A stretch of DNA of 62,811 nt from Patescibacteria group bacterium (lineage in GTDB: Bacteria > Patescibacteriota > Patescibacteriia > Patescibacteriales > UBA12465): positions 1-62,811 of the forward strand of contig JAFGTW010000019.1 in NCBI GenBank assembly GCA_016938835.1, in the 5' to 3' direction. Both the position numbers and the translations under genes were made by a program. Every line of letters begins with the position of its first letter. The stretch's first letter is position 1. Below are positions 29,301-37,659 of this stretch, piece after piece. The notes below the pieces were generated by a model. That model was not told the DNA's origin. It saw only the letters and a list, made by a program, of their open reading frames with translations, and did not search any database.

Positions 29301-32249
29301 TTGGATTGCAGCTTACTGTCGGCTGATGCTTGTTTAGATCATAGTCAGGCATGTTGTCTAGATTCTAAGGGCACCAGTGATATTGGCGATGATGTTTGTG
29401 TTGGTGGCAATGGGCAAGCCATTACTAGCGATGAGATTAGTCCTGACTTTGGTTATTGTGCTCGTTATGATTGTAGCGCTAATCTTGACCAAACAAGTGA
29501 TGGCTTTTGTGCTTCAAGCACTCCTTTAAAGTTAGGATTTTTTAAGAGTATAGATAAATGTGAAGATACTTGTGAAGCTGGTGGTAATGATTCTATTTGT
29601 GGTCAGTATAACGGCGACTTAAGTTCTTGTAGTGCTAGTAGTGATTGTTGTTTTAATTTTAGTGATCAAAAATGTGAAGCTGGTGATAAAACCGCTGATG
29701 GTTATTGTACTTATTATGATTGTCAAGCCTCACCAAATGAGGGTAAATGCAATGCTAATCCTGCGGCTACTGGAACTTATAGCACTTATTTAGATTGTAA
29801 TATTGCTTGTTCTCAGCCATCCCTAGGTGGGCTAGGCAAGGATTGTCGTTCTATCGCTAGTTCCGCTACAGACTGTAACCAGTCTTTTTGTAGTTCTCCT
29901 TTTGCTTGTTTGAATGATGCTGGTACTATTGGATTACCAGGCAATTGTGGTACTTGCTGTTGTCAGGTAGATAATCCTTTATCTTGTGCCAATATAGGCA
30001 GTGGCAATTTAATTTGCCAACCAAATACAACTCCTTGCTCTGGAGATGATCGTGGTTTATGTTGTGGTTGTTCTGCGGATGATAATTGTGGCAATGTAAG
30101 TACTCTTGGTTGTGATTCTGGTGCTTGTTGTCGCGCCCGTCCGGCAGTTTTAACTAATCAATTAAATCCCGCCCACGGAGCTAGCAATGTTTGTCGCAAT
30201 GTTACTTTGCAAATCCCCTTCGATCAGTATATGGATATAAAAAGTCTTGAGGAGAATATCTTGTTGTTAGAGGAAATTAGTTATGGAAGTGGTGTTTGTC
30301 CTACGGGTACTTTTGTTGTTTCGGCTGAAGGTTTTCAGTACCAGCGTCAAAATTGGTTAGCGCGCAATATTGCAAAAATGAGTTATAAGTTTAGCAATCT
30401 CTTCCATCATTTAGGTTTATCTTCAGGGGTCGCTCTAGCCGGGATTCCTGATTCATCAAAACTTTATTGTTCTGTTCCTGGGTCGATATCATTAAGTCAA
30501 AGCGGTAATGGCAGTTTAGTTGAGTTCGCTCCTAAAAAGCTGCTTTCTCCTGGGTCTAATTATTATTTAGTCATAAAAGGTGATGAGGCCCTAGATAGTA
30601 ATACGGGCGTTTTAAGTCAATGGCAAATTGGTTTTAATGGCGATGGTTATTTAGATTTATCTTCTGGTACTTATACTGAAGGTGTAAATTTATCCTTTAA
30701 TAACTTAACATTTATTAATTCCTATATTGTAAATTTTACTACTCTATCTCAACAGGGCGCAAATGCAGGTGTATGCGCGGTTGACTATGTATTAGGTAGC
30801 CCAACATCTTATTTGTTTCAGACCACTGTAAATGATCTTAATGAAAATGATGCCGATATTTCTGCTAGTAATTTTGATACGGTCGCTGACAAAGATAAAC
30901 TTTTTACAGCCAATGCTTATAGTGCTGATGGTCAGATGCTTCATCCCACTTCAGCTTATTATTGGGACTGGAATTGGGATATTACTAAGCCAAACTTAGC
31001 AAGCATTTTAAATGTTAGTAGTTTAGCTGTAAATCAAGCTTTTGTTTCAGCTACTGATGGTGTTACTGATGATTCTGGCGTGTTAACTGCTCAAATTAAT
31101 ATGGATCGTTTTTCTGCTCCGGGCTGTAATGACGCCACTAATTGTGTTTGCGCTGAACCTGGCTGTTTTAATAATTGTTGTAATTTATATCAGGATGGTG
31201 ATGGTGCTAAAGCAAATATACCTCTATTTGTATTTATTTGTAAAAATCCTTGGCCGGCGGTTAATCAGAATGATTTAAGTTGGTCTCCTTGGTATGACAC
31301 CTGTGTTGGTGTTAGCAGCTCTGACTGCTCTAATTATAATTATAAGTTTTATTATTGTCGTGATGCCGGTACAGATTTATTAAGTGACGATTTGCCGGCT
31401 ATGATTAATCCAGCGATAATCAAAGGGGGAAGTGGTATTTTTACTTGTAGCGAGGGGCAAACTGCCTGTGAAATTAATGATGTTAATAAAGGTTTGTGCG
31501 GGCCAGATAATAATTTTGATGGAAATCCAGACGGTTTCTGTGTTTGGAGTGTTTTAAAGGAGTCTTATTTCTTTAAGGAAGAGGTGCCAACGGTGGGCGC
31601 TATTACCGCTGCTATTGATTTGGAAACTGGAAGTTCTGTTAGCCTAGAATGGTATGGAGATTCTAGTTTAATTTATAATGTTGATGCAAATAAGCTTGGT
31701 AAATATCGTATTTATTATACTTCAATAACATCTGGTAATACCGCTTTTATTGATGTTAAGCCGAATGATATTTTAGACGATAATATTAACACTGTATGTA
31801 CCCCCCTGCATCCAGTTAGTGGCTCAAATTATTCTTGTCATTATCAAATTGATAATTTAGTTACTGGTGACACTTATAGTTTTAAGGTTTCAGCTATATC
31901 TTTTACTCAAGTTGAAAGTGCTTTATTTGGTGGAAGATCAGTAACTCTGACCGACATGATGGCTCCAGAGAAACCTCTTGGCTTCCTTGCTTCTATTGCC
32001 ACTGATCAGCGTTTAAATTTTACTTGGTTAACCAATAATGATGATACGCGTTTTTATCGTTTGTATCACGGCATTAATTCTGGACAGTATGGAGAGTCTT
32101 TTGACTCGGATGATAATGCTACTTCTTTGGACCTGGATAGCAGACAATTTAGTGCAGGTACCCATTATTTTGCCTTATCAGCCATTGATAATGCGGGTAA
32201 TGAGAGTCTTAAATCAATAGAAGTCTCTATTATTATTCCAGTTCAATAA
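26394..32249 (+). CDS. Giant (1951 aa) cysteine-rich surface protein: pilin-like hairpin + IPT/TIG repeats + Cys-knot-like regions + two FN3 domains
   Basis: Non-ATG start (GTG 26394 or TTG 26397) is needed to include a signal peptide paralogous to ORF 23650. IPT-like GNIVTISGSNFG, GQYITIHGGGFGG, GTIVSIWGEYFG. FN3-like C-terminus (LNFTWL..YRLYHG..YFALSAIDNAGNES). Confidence 0.9.
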   Translation: MLKNNKNIFKFLVFTLVLSSIVGFVQLASAQINVGTNEIDNNISLSANDPRTVAARVINIAMLFLGILAVGVIVWGGFIWMTSNGDEEKVAQAKKILKNGVIGLVIILSSWGIATFILNRLINSTGNSSSSFSCTDNQSLACGCGGSMTCIGGSWGSCLGSNCSSSSGQTSCDSSPLNGCQASDQICADSSYCDADTCSCLPKGELGDSCDLSPETATCEINNNFCSEYLTCSPDSCTCEGSPVITAISPAGGFCEEDINKSCNGDEECILSCNLTDPNGSAGNIVTISGSNFGSYDPLVSKVIFDGDAVGIMPSEINPECINSWTNHQIIVALPVDVQTGPVTVISADNKSDVSNDNYGPELPDFIVNNIARPGLCLVTPDAGLLSQQVNYQGINLYAGEAFFGSYSKNVAGLDSVFTNPAGVAGTSIVPNLNEGKMSSFVMASISGNQEKSNYVTFVKEREPNTGPYISYFEPVIGRAGQYITIHGGGFGGAQGYSKVFFGDVEADYDFPAVCANSVWRDKQIIVKVPADVSDGSFEIRIELNGEQINSQNANPNVFTVDTNESLKTSICKISPSRGQIGTIVSIWGEYFGKNNDNALVSFTYNKTTSAMINSDDNDQLAQLLEPSVPDNATTGSLKVIKNNEWGNDVNFEVGVCVEDSDCGDEVCCPVNTYKQGVCAPTLASCYVDVPTSVFEWGFSTGYGGGENNVVYDSCQEMAKTLGACQIGSFCPNSPGLCSPYAGGALNLGSCDSTCTSVNACIGQTSGCSFNGDIDTCVLNNAICSPDTSFTYNLNNLEINTKKVCKSFSQFGNQNHFEIKTSSSCPQDWTRLDGGRCVDSISSTESSCSICVTGFTCYAEENSETGVCISPELCKGAAECQGQTCVSQEDAHCDCCCEIGEDVRDCCAPLTCSGTCGSDTSNDGVGFGQCSGCSIIDNGIVNQDLSDQACNCSTSSGKYCDTTIPTGTCLDCSLLSADACLDHSQACCLDSKGTSDIGDDVCVGGNGQAITSDEISPDFGYCARYDCSANLDQTSDGFCASSTPLKLGFFKSIDKCEDTCEAGGNDSICGQYNGDLSSCSASSDCCFNFSDQKCEAGDKTADGYCTYYDCQASPNEGKCNANPAATGTYSTYLDCNIACSQPSLGGLGKDCRSIASSATDCNQSFCSSPFACLNDAGTIGLPGNCGTCCCQVDNPLSCANIGSGNLICQPNTTPCSGDDRGLCCGCSADDNCGNVSTLGCDSGACCRARPAVLTNQLNPAHGASNVCRNVTLQIPFDQYMDIKSLEENILLLEEISYGSGVCPTGTFVVSAEGFQYQRQNWLARNIAKMSYKFSNLFHHLGLSSGVALAGIPDSSKLYCSVPGSISLSQSGNGSLVEFAPKKLLSPGSNYYLVIKGDEALDSNTGVLSQWQIGFNGDGYLDLSSGTYTEGVNLSFNNLTFINSYIVNFTTLSQQGANAGVCAVDYVLGSPTSYLFQTTVNDLNENDADISASNFDTVADKDKLFTANAYSADGQMLHPTSAYYWDWNWDITKPNLASILNVSSLAVNQAFVSATDGVTDDSGVLTAQINMDRFSAPGCNDATNCVCAEPGCFNNCCNLYQDGDGAKANIPLFVFICKNPWPAVNQNDLSWSPWYDTCVGVSSSDCSNYNYKFYYCRDAGTDLLSDDLPAMINPAIIKGGSGIFTCSEGQTACEINDVNKGLCGPDNNFDGNPDGFCVWSVLKESYFFKEEVPTVGAITAAIDLETGSSVSLEWYGDSSLIYNVDANKLGKYRIYYTSITSGNTAFIDVKPNDILDDNINTVCTPLHPVSGSNYSCHYQIDNLVTGDTYSFKVSAISFTQVESALFGGRSVTLTDMMAPEKPLGFLASIATDQRLNFTWLTNNDDTRFYRLYHGINSGQYGESFDSDDNATSLDLDSRQFSAGTHYFALSAIDNAGNESLKSIEVSIIIPVQ

Positions 32250-32267
32250 TGTTTTAAATATTAATAT

Positions 32268-35210
32268 ATGAAATTAAAAAAACATTTTATTTTAACTTTA
32301 CTGTTGTTATTGTTTTTTTCTTTTGTTTTTTTTAATCAAGTTAAGGCATTATCTGATTCAAATGAAGCTATTAATGAAAGCGATGCCATTGCTGTTAGAA
32401 TTTTACCTAATCCCAATCATTATAGTGCTGCTCGCTGGTATAAGAGTCAAGGTTTTTCTGGCTCCCCTCAGGCGTTATTAGTCGATTCATATGATGCTGT
32501 GCGTGATGGACGCACTGTTTATGTGAATGCCGCCAATATTAGTGGCAATACTATTTATACTAATATTTATTTGATTTCATATAATCAAGACCCAAATATA
32601 AAAACAGTTGATGTTTTGGGACAAATTGTTGATCACTGGCAGTTTAATAGTAATTTATCAGGAGTTGGTAGTTGTAGTATTTCAACTTTAAGTTGTAATG
32701 ATAATAATGAGTGCGGACAGGGTTTAGAATGCTCAAGTAATAGCAGTGCTTCTGGGCGCTGTCAATTAATAGAAAATGATAATTGCTATACTGATGATGA
32801 TTGTCCTCAGGGTTTATATTGTGATAATTTGAGATCAATGGTGGCTCGTGACGTTCGTCGTTTAGGTGTTTTGGGTAATTTAAGGGAAGCTCTAGCGGTC
32901 TTTAAGCAAATAAATAATAAATATCCAGTCTTAAGTGCTGGTACATATGTACCACTTAATTCTCTTTCAGTTTGGCCAAGTTGGCAGGCTTTATTCTTGC
33001 CTCAAATTGGTGTTTCTCAAAGAGAAATTGATTCAATAAATAGATTGGGTATTTGCGATGGTTTTGATAGTATTACTTGTTGGAATAAAGAGACTCAAAA
33101 TTTTGCTGACCCTCAACCAAATAATAGTACTTTGGAACTGCCAGCTAATAGTTACGTTTTTGCTTACAGTAGTGATAGTAATGGCTCTAATTATAATTTA
33201 TGTGCAGTTATGGAAACTAAAGCTCTTGGCTATAATACTGCTGAAGGGCAATTATCTAATTTAGGCTGTATTGCCAGTGGTTCTGGTTATACGGGTTATA
33301 GTAATAATTTAGCCCCCGTACTAATTGATACAAAGTTGTATGGTGAACAGAACCAAGAGTTTAATGGTTTTATTAAGGTTATCGATCCAGAAAATAATAG
33401 TTTAGATTGGTCAATTAATACTTCAGGAACTTGGGGTAATTGGAGCTCTGCTCCAATTTTGATGGATACTTATAATCCTAATCAGAAAAAAATATATGCA
33501 GTTAGAGCTGGAAATGTTGGTACATATAATCTTATTTTAAATGTAGTGGATTCAGAGGGAGCAATCATGTCCACAAATACTCCGATTGTTATTAGTAATA
33601 ATGAGCCTTTAATTCAATCTGATGATATTGATTATTATCCCAGTACAGTAATTCCTTTAGCTATTAACTTTAGTATTACTGACAAGGATTATCCTTTAAG
33701 TTACACAATTACCAAGTTTGAATACGATTCAGGTCCTTATGATTTGCTATCTTCGTCCAAATCCACTTTTTTGGGTGAAACCTCTCGTCGTAGCGGAGAT
33801 ACAACATATTACACACTAAAATACAGATTAAACACCTCAAATAAGTTTTTATCGGATACAGTTTTTGTTTATTCGATTTCAGCCAAAGATCACTATGGAA
33901 TGGAATCAACCAGAAAAGTGACAATTAATGTGAAAGTTGATCAGCCGATTTTAGATTTTAATTGTGCTAAAACAGTGCGAGTTGGCTCTGCTTATTATTG
34001 TGGTTTAGGTTGGCAAAAACAAGGAGATCACACTATTAATTATACTGTTGTTGGTTCTTTGCCAGATGGACTTAGTATTAGCAATTCTAGCAGTTTAGAT
34101 ATTTCATATAACGTAGAGCCAATCAATACTAAGCCTTGGCAGAAATTTCTTTCGTGGTTAGGAATAGAAAAAAATAATTTTTTATCTAGTGCTGAGGCTG
34201 CCGATGTGGCGTCCTATTATGCTTTACAAGGAACGCCTAACGTTTCTTCTGTAAACAATTTAATTAAGATTAAAGCTGAGAATGAATTTGGGGCTGTTTC
34301 TCAAAGAGAATTTAACCTTTCAATTAATAATTACTGTGGTGACGGTATTAGACAACAACCAAATTTGGAAGGCCGCGGTGGCTTCTATAATGATGGTCAA
34401 GAGAGTTGCGATGGCGATAGTAATATTGTGTTAAATAGGATTCAGATTCCCGCTAGTTCTGCGGATTTTCAATATGCTTGCACTACTAAGCCTGGAGATA
34501 TTGTTCCTTATCCTATTATGAATAATCAGTATTTTTGTACTTTTTCTGACGATCAATTAAACGGTGGTTTTTGTGGTGATGGTGTTTGCCAGTACTCCAT
34601 TGAGCGCAATGGTAACATTATACCTTGGGAAGGGGTTGGTTATTGTAATATTGATTGCGGTGATTGCGGTATAAATGCTTCTTATAACGGTAGCGATTGC
34701 GTTTGTAATTCTGGCTTTTATGATTGTTCGGCAGATATCTTGGGCTGTGAAAGTAGTAGTCAGTGTGGTGATGCCTGCCCTTCTGGGCAATATGAATGTG
34801 ATGGAAAATGTGTGATTGAAAACGATCTTTCTCCGGCTTGCGACTCTATTAGCCAGTGCAGCTCAAGCCTTAAAGGCGATTGTTCATATTGTGAGACAGG
34901 TTATTATAATTGTGATTATTCAGGTGAATGTGAATCATTTGGAGTTTGTACTTGCCCAGCTGGCACTAGTTGGAATAAAGCTGTTTGGCCATACGGCCAA
35001 TGCGTAGTTGATAATATTGGCTGCACCAGTGAAGAAGGTCTTTGTGGTAATCAGTGTTATGATTTAAAGACGGAAAAGTGTTGTGATGCTGATTCTAGTT
35101 CGGTATGTCCAACAAATAAATATTGTTGTTTAGTCGGCGATAATAATGTGTGTTCTTATAACGCGCTTCAGTGTCAAAAACTTAAGGATGCCTTCTCTAC
35201 TATTAAGTAG
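32268..35210 (+). CDS. Large (980 aa) secreted cysteine-rich protein
   Basis: Signal peptide MKLKKHFILTLLLLLFFSFVFFNQVKA. CGDG..ESCDGD and FCGDGVCQ repeats resemble the CxxCGDG cysteine-rich repeat. Dense Cys in the last ~300 aa. Confidence 0.85.
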   Translation: MKLKKHFILTLLLLLFFSFVFFNQVKALSDSNEAINESDAIAVRILPNPNHYSAARWYKSQGFSGSPQALLVDSYDAVRDGRTVYVNAANISGNTIYTNIYLISYNQDPNIKTVDVLGQIVDHWQFNSNLSGVGSCSISTLSCNDNNECGQGLECSSNSSASGRCQLIENDNCYTDDDCPQGLYCDNLRSMVARDVRRLGVLGNLREALAVFKQINNKYPVLSAGTYVPLNSLSVWPSWQALFLPQIGVSQREIDSINRLGICDGFDSITCWNKETQNFADPQPNNSTLELPANSYVFAYSSDSNGSNYNLCAVMETKALGYNTAEGQLSNLGCIASGSGYTGYSNNLAPVLIDTKLYGEQNQEFNGFIKVIDPENNSLDWSINTSGTWGNWSSAPILMDTYNPNQKKIYAVRAGNVGTYNLILNVVDSEGAIMSTNTPIVISNNEPLIQSDDIDYYPSTVIPLAINFSITDKDYPLSYTITKFEYDSGPYDLLSSSKSTFLGETSRRSGDTTYYTLKYRLNTSNKFLSDTVFVYSISAKDHYGMESTRKVTINVKVDQPILDFNCAKTVRVGSAYYCGLGWQKQGDHTINYTVVGSLPDGLSISNSSSLDISYNVEPINTKPWQKFLSWLGIEKNNFLSSAEAADVASYYALQGTPNVSSVNNLIKIKAENEFGAVSQREFNLSINNYCGDGIRQQPNLEGRGGFYNDGQESCDGDSNIVLNRIQIPASSADFQYACTTKPGDIVPYPIMNNQYFCTFSDDQLNGGFCGDGVCQYSIERNGNIIPWEGVGYCNIDCGDCGINASYNGSDCVCNSGFYDCSADILGCESSSQCGDACPSGQYECDGKCVIENDLSPACDSISQCSSSLKGDCSYCETGYYNCDYSGECESFGVCTCPAGTSWNKAVWPYGQCVVDNIGCTSEEGLCGNQCYDLKTEKCCDADSSSVCPTNKYCCLVGDNNVCSYNALQCQKLKDAFSTIK

Positions 35211-35242
35211 GTTAATTTTTAATTGTATTAATTAATAAAATT

Positions 35243-35506
35243 ATGAAAAGGTCTTATATAAATTCAATTAGGTGGGTGTTATTGTTGGCCTTGTTGTTCG
35301 TTTTGGTTTTTATTTTTTGGAATTTATTATTAAAAAAATCTACACCTAATAATTCTGAGATCATTTTTATAAATAATAATCAGCCAATATTGATGAATAT
35401 TGATGAAAAAAATGAATTAGGAATTCCTGAAAATATGTCTGTAGAAATTTTGAATCGTACTCAAGATGGTCAAATAACCACCTATAAGTTAATAAAAGAT
35501 AATTAA
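35243..35506 (+). CDS. Small N-terminally anchored protein
   Basis: 87 aa with one TM (WVLLLALLFVLVFIFWNLLL). Lies inside the surface-protein block. Confidence 0.5.
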   Translation: MKRSYINSIRWVLLLALLFVLVFIFWNLLLKKSTPNNSEIIFINNNQPILMNIDEKNELGIPENMSVEILNRTQDGQITTYKLIKDN

Positions 35507-35531
35507 ACAATAAAAAGGTTTTATTATTTAA

Positions 35532-35561
35532 TTGGGATTATTTGTAAAAATTCGCTATAAT
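35532..35561 (+). promoter_or_regulatory. Sigma70-like promoter candidate
   Basis: TTGGGA, 18 nt, TATAAT (35556-35561), upstream of the ATG at 35598. Confidence 0.45.
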
Positions 35562-35597
35562 ATAATTAATTAATAATATTCATAAATTTTTAAATCT

Positions 35598-36341
35598 ATG
35601 TTTGATAATTTAGACAAACAAACTTCCAATGTTTCTGGCGAAAAGGCTGTAGATGATATTTTTGCTGAAACTGAAGGGAGTCAAATAGCTGGTGCTGAAC
35701 TTAAGTCTGGTAATATTGAGGCCCAGTCAGCTGGACTAGCTTCTCATTCTTATGACGAAGAAGCCAATGAACATTCTGAAAAATCAGCTTTTAAATACAA
35801 AAATTTGGTCATAATTTCGTTTTCGTTGCTTATTTTAGTAGCTTTAGCTTATTTGGTTTATGTTAAATTTTTAAGCACGCCTAAGCCAGCTGAACAGTCA
35901 ATGGTTGATAACGCAAAAATAAGTGATAATGAGTTAAATAATGCTATTATTCCAAGCGTTAATCAACAAGAAACTAATATCATGAATGAAAAAAATAATA
36001 ATCAAGGGTCTATTGTTGAGCCAATGGTTGGTGAAAATCGCGTAGTTGAGCCAGTTGATAACGCTAGTATGACCGATACTGTTATAGAGGAAAATCCAGC
36101 AATTCCAGTTGTAACAGCGCCGGTTGATTCTGACGCCGATAGTTTAACTGATATGGAAGAGATTTCTTTAGGTACAAATATTAATTTAATTGACTCCGAT
36201 TTTGATGGCTTATCTGATTATGAGGAGGTAAGAGTATACTATACCAATCCTTTGAATGCTGATACGGATGGAGACGGTTATACGGATGGGAGTGAGATTC
36301 AAAATGGTTATAATCCTAATGGTGAGGGTATTTTACAATAA
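35598..36341 (+). CDS. Single-pass membrane protein with thrombospondin-type-3-like Ca-binding repeats
   Basis: TM (LVIISFSLLILVALAYLVYV), then DSDADSLTDMEE, DSDFDGLSDYEE, DTDGDGYTDGSE, NGYNPNG. Confidence 0.8.
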   Translation: MFDNLDKQTSNVSGEKAVDDIFAETEGSQIAGAELKSGNIEAQSAGLASHSYDEEANEHSEKSAFKYKNLVIISFSLLILVALAYLVYVKFLSTPKPAEQSMVDNAKISDNELNNAIIPSVNQQETNIMNEKNNNQGSIVEPMVGENRVVEPVDNASMTDTVIEENPAIPVVTAPVDSDADSLTDMEEISLGTNINLIDSDFDGLSDYEEVRVYYTNPLNADTDGDGYTDGSEIQNGYNPNGEGILQ

Positions 36342-36350
36342 TAATTATTT

Positions 36351-36542
36351 ATGAATTTAAATTACGGAAAAGATAATCAAAAAAATACTCCTTTGAAGAC
36401 TGGTAGTGTGGGGCTATACTTAAAAGTACATGTGATGCCTAAGTTAAATATGCCTTTGCGTGGAAAACCATGGCATTGGATAATGCCGGTAGTTTTACTG
36501 GCTTTGTCAGTTGTAGCTTTTTTTTATTTTTTTGCTAATTAA
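36351..36542 (+). CDS. Small protein with a C-terminal TM segment
   Basis: 63-aa ORF, 9 nt from both flanking paralogous genes. TM IMPVVLLALSVVAFFYFF. Confidence 0.4.
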   Translation: MNLNYGKDNQKNTPLKTGSVGLYLKVHVMPKLNMPLRGKPWHWIMPVVLLALSVVAFFYFFAN

Positions 36543-36551
36543 TTATTCAAA

Positions 36552-37583
36552 ATGGAACTAAATAAGGAGATTAAAATTAAAAAATCAACAGATAATCTAC
36601 AACAAAGGTTACAGGATGATTTTGTAGTTAAAAATATGCCATCTTTTAGTAGTTTAAGTGCTACTAGCTATGAAGGGGAAGAAGATGTTGATGCAAATAA
36701 AAATAATCACTCACTGTTTAAAAATAAAGCAAGCAAGGTTAATTCTCCTAAATTAATTGGTCTAATTATTATTAGTGTTGGCATTTTAGTTATTTTCGTG
36801 CTTTTTTATTTAGCTTATCGCTTTTTAATAGTACCCTCAATGACACCTTCAATTACACCAGAAATGACTAATAATAATCAAAATAATCTGGTTACAGTTG
36901 TAGCATCGACAGACTCTGTGGTGGAGCCTTTGATTAATAATGATGAAGAGACGGCCTCTTCTACTGTTGATGTTATTGCCGTTGAAGTGGTTTCTGGGGA
37001 AGTTGTGGAAGAAAAAGATAATTTAGTTTTGCCAACAGTTGTAGATAGCGATAGTGATGGATTAAGCGATGCCGCTGAATTATTCTTAGGAACAAATACT
37101 CAGTTAAGCGATACGGATAATGACGGTTATTCGGATTTTGAAGAAATTAATAGTGGGTATAATCCTAATGGGGCTGGTAAATTGGAGGAAAATAATAATT
37201 TAGCCTTATTCTCTAATACCGCTAGTGGTTTTGCGGTTATTTATCCTCATGATTGGGAGATTAATATTGTTTCTCCGGATTCAACTTTATTTTCAGCACC
37301 AAACACTTCTTTTATTCAAATATCAAGAGAAAATAGTGATCAAATTAATTCTGATATTATTAGTTGGTACCAAGAACAGTTTGGTGACATAGATGTACTC
37401 AGTCAGGATCGTTTTATTGATAGTAATTTTGGGCCAGGTATTGTTAGTGCAGATGGTCAAATTATTTATTTTTTAGGACCAGATAACCGTAGTATTTATG
37501 TTATTTCTTATATTAAGTCTGATGATTCAGCTCCTTATATAGAAATATTTAGAATGATGGCTAGCACATTAATGCCTTTATAA
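36552..37583 (+). CDS. Single-pass membrane protein with TSP3-like Ca-binding repeats plus a C-terminal globular domain
   Basis: TM (LIGLIIISVGILVIFVLFYLAY), DSDSDGLSDAAE, DTDNDGYSDFEE, SGYNPNG. Paralogous to ORF 35598 across the repeat region. Confidence 0.8.
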   Translation: MELNKEIKIKKSTDNLQQRLQDDFVVKNMPSFSSLSATSYEGEEDVDANKNNHSLFKNKASKVNSPKLIGLIIISVGILVIFVLFYLAYRFLIVPSMTPSITPEMTNNNQNNLVTVVASTDSVVEPLINNDEETASSTVDVIAVEVVSGEVVEEKDNLVLPTVVDSDSDGLSDAAELFLGTNTQLSDTDNDGYSDFEEINSGYNPNGAGKLEENNNLALFSNTASGFAVIYPHDWEINIVSPDSTLFSAPNTSFIQISRENSDQINSDIISWYQEQFGDIDVLSQDRFIDSNFGPGIVSADGQIIYFLGPDNRSIYVISYIKSDDSAPYIEIFRMMASTLMPL

Positions 37584-37600
37584 ATTTATTTCAAAAAATA

Positions 37601-37634
37601 AAAAACTCGTATCAAAGAAGATCGAGTTTTTTTT
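37601..37634. terminator. Bidirectional terminator-like hairpin
   Basis: A-tract, ctcg(t)atc-aaagaa-gatcgag, T8 tract. Lies between convergent ORF 36552 (+) and clpP (-). Confidence 0.65.
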
Positions 37635-37659
37635 GTGCCTATTTTTAAGAGAGGGTATT

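Noticed and set aside
23862-32220. Multiple short same-strand and antisense ORFs inside the giant surface-protein genes (e.g. 23862-24080, 25397-25594, 26099-26308, 26483-26743, 26966-27244, 27823-28041, 27917-28141, 28357-28560, 29131-29337, 32038-32220)
   Set aside because: All are nested in long uninterrupted ORFs with recognisable domain repeats. The similar antisense pair 23862-24080 and 26483-26743 simply mirrors the paralogy of the pilin-like modules.
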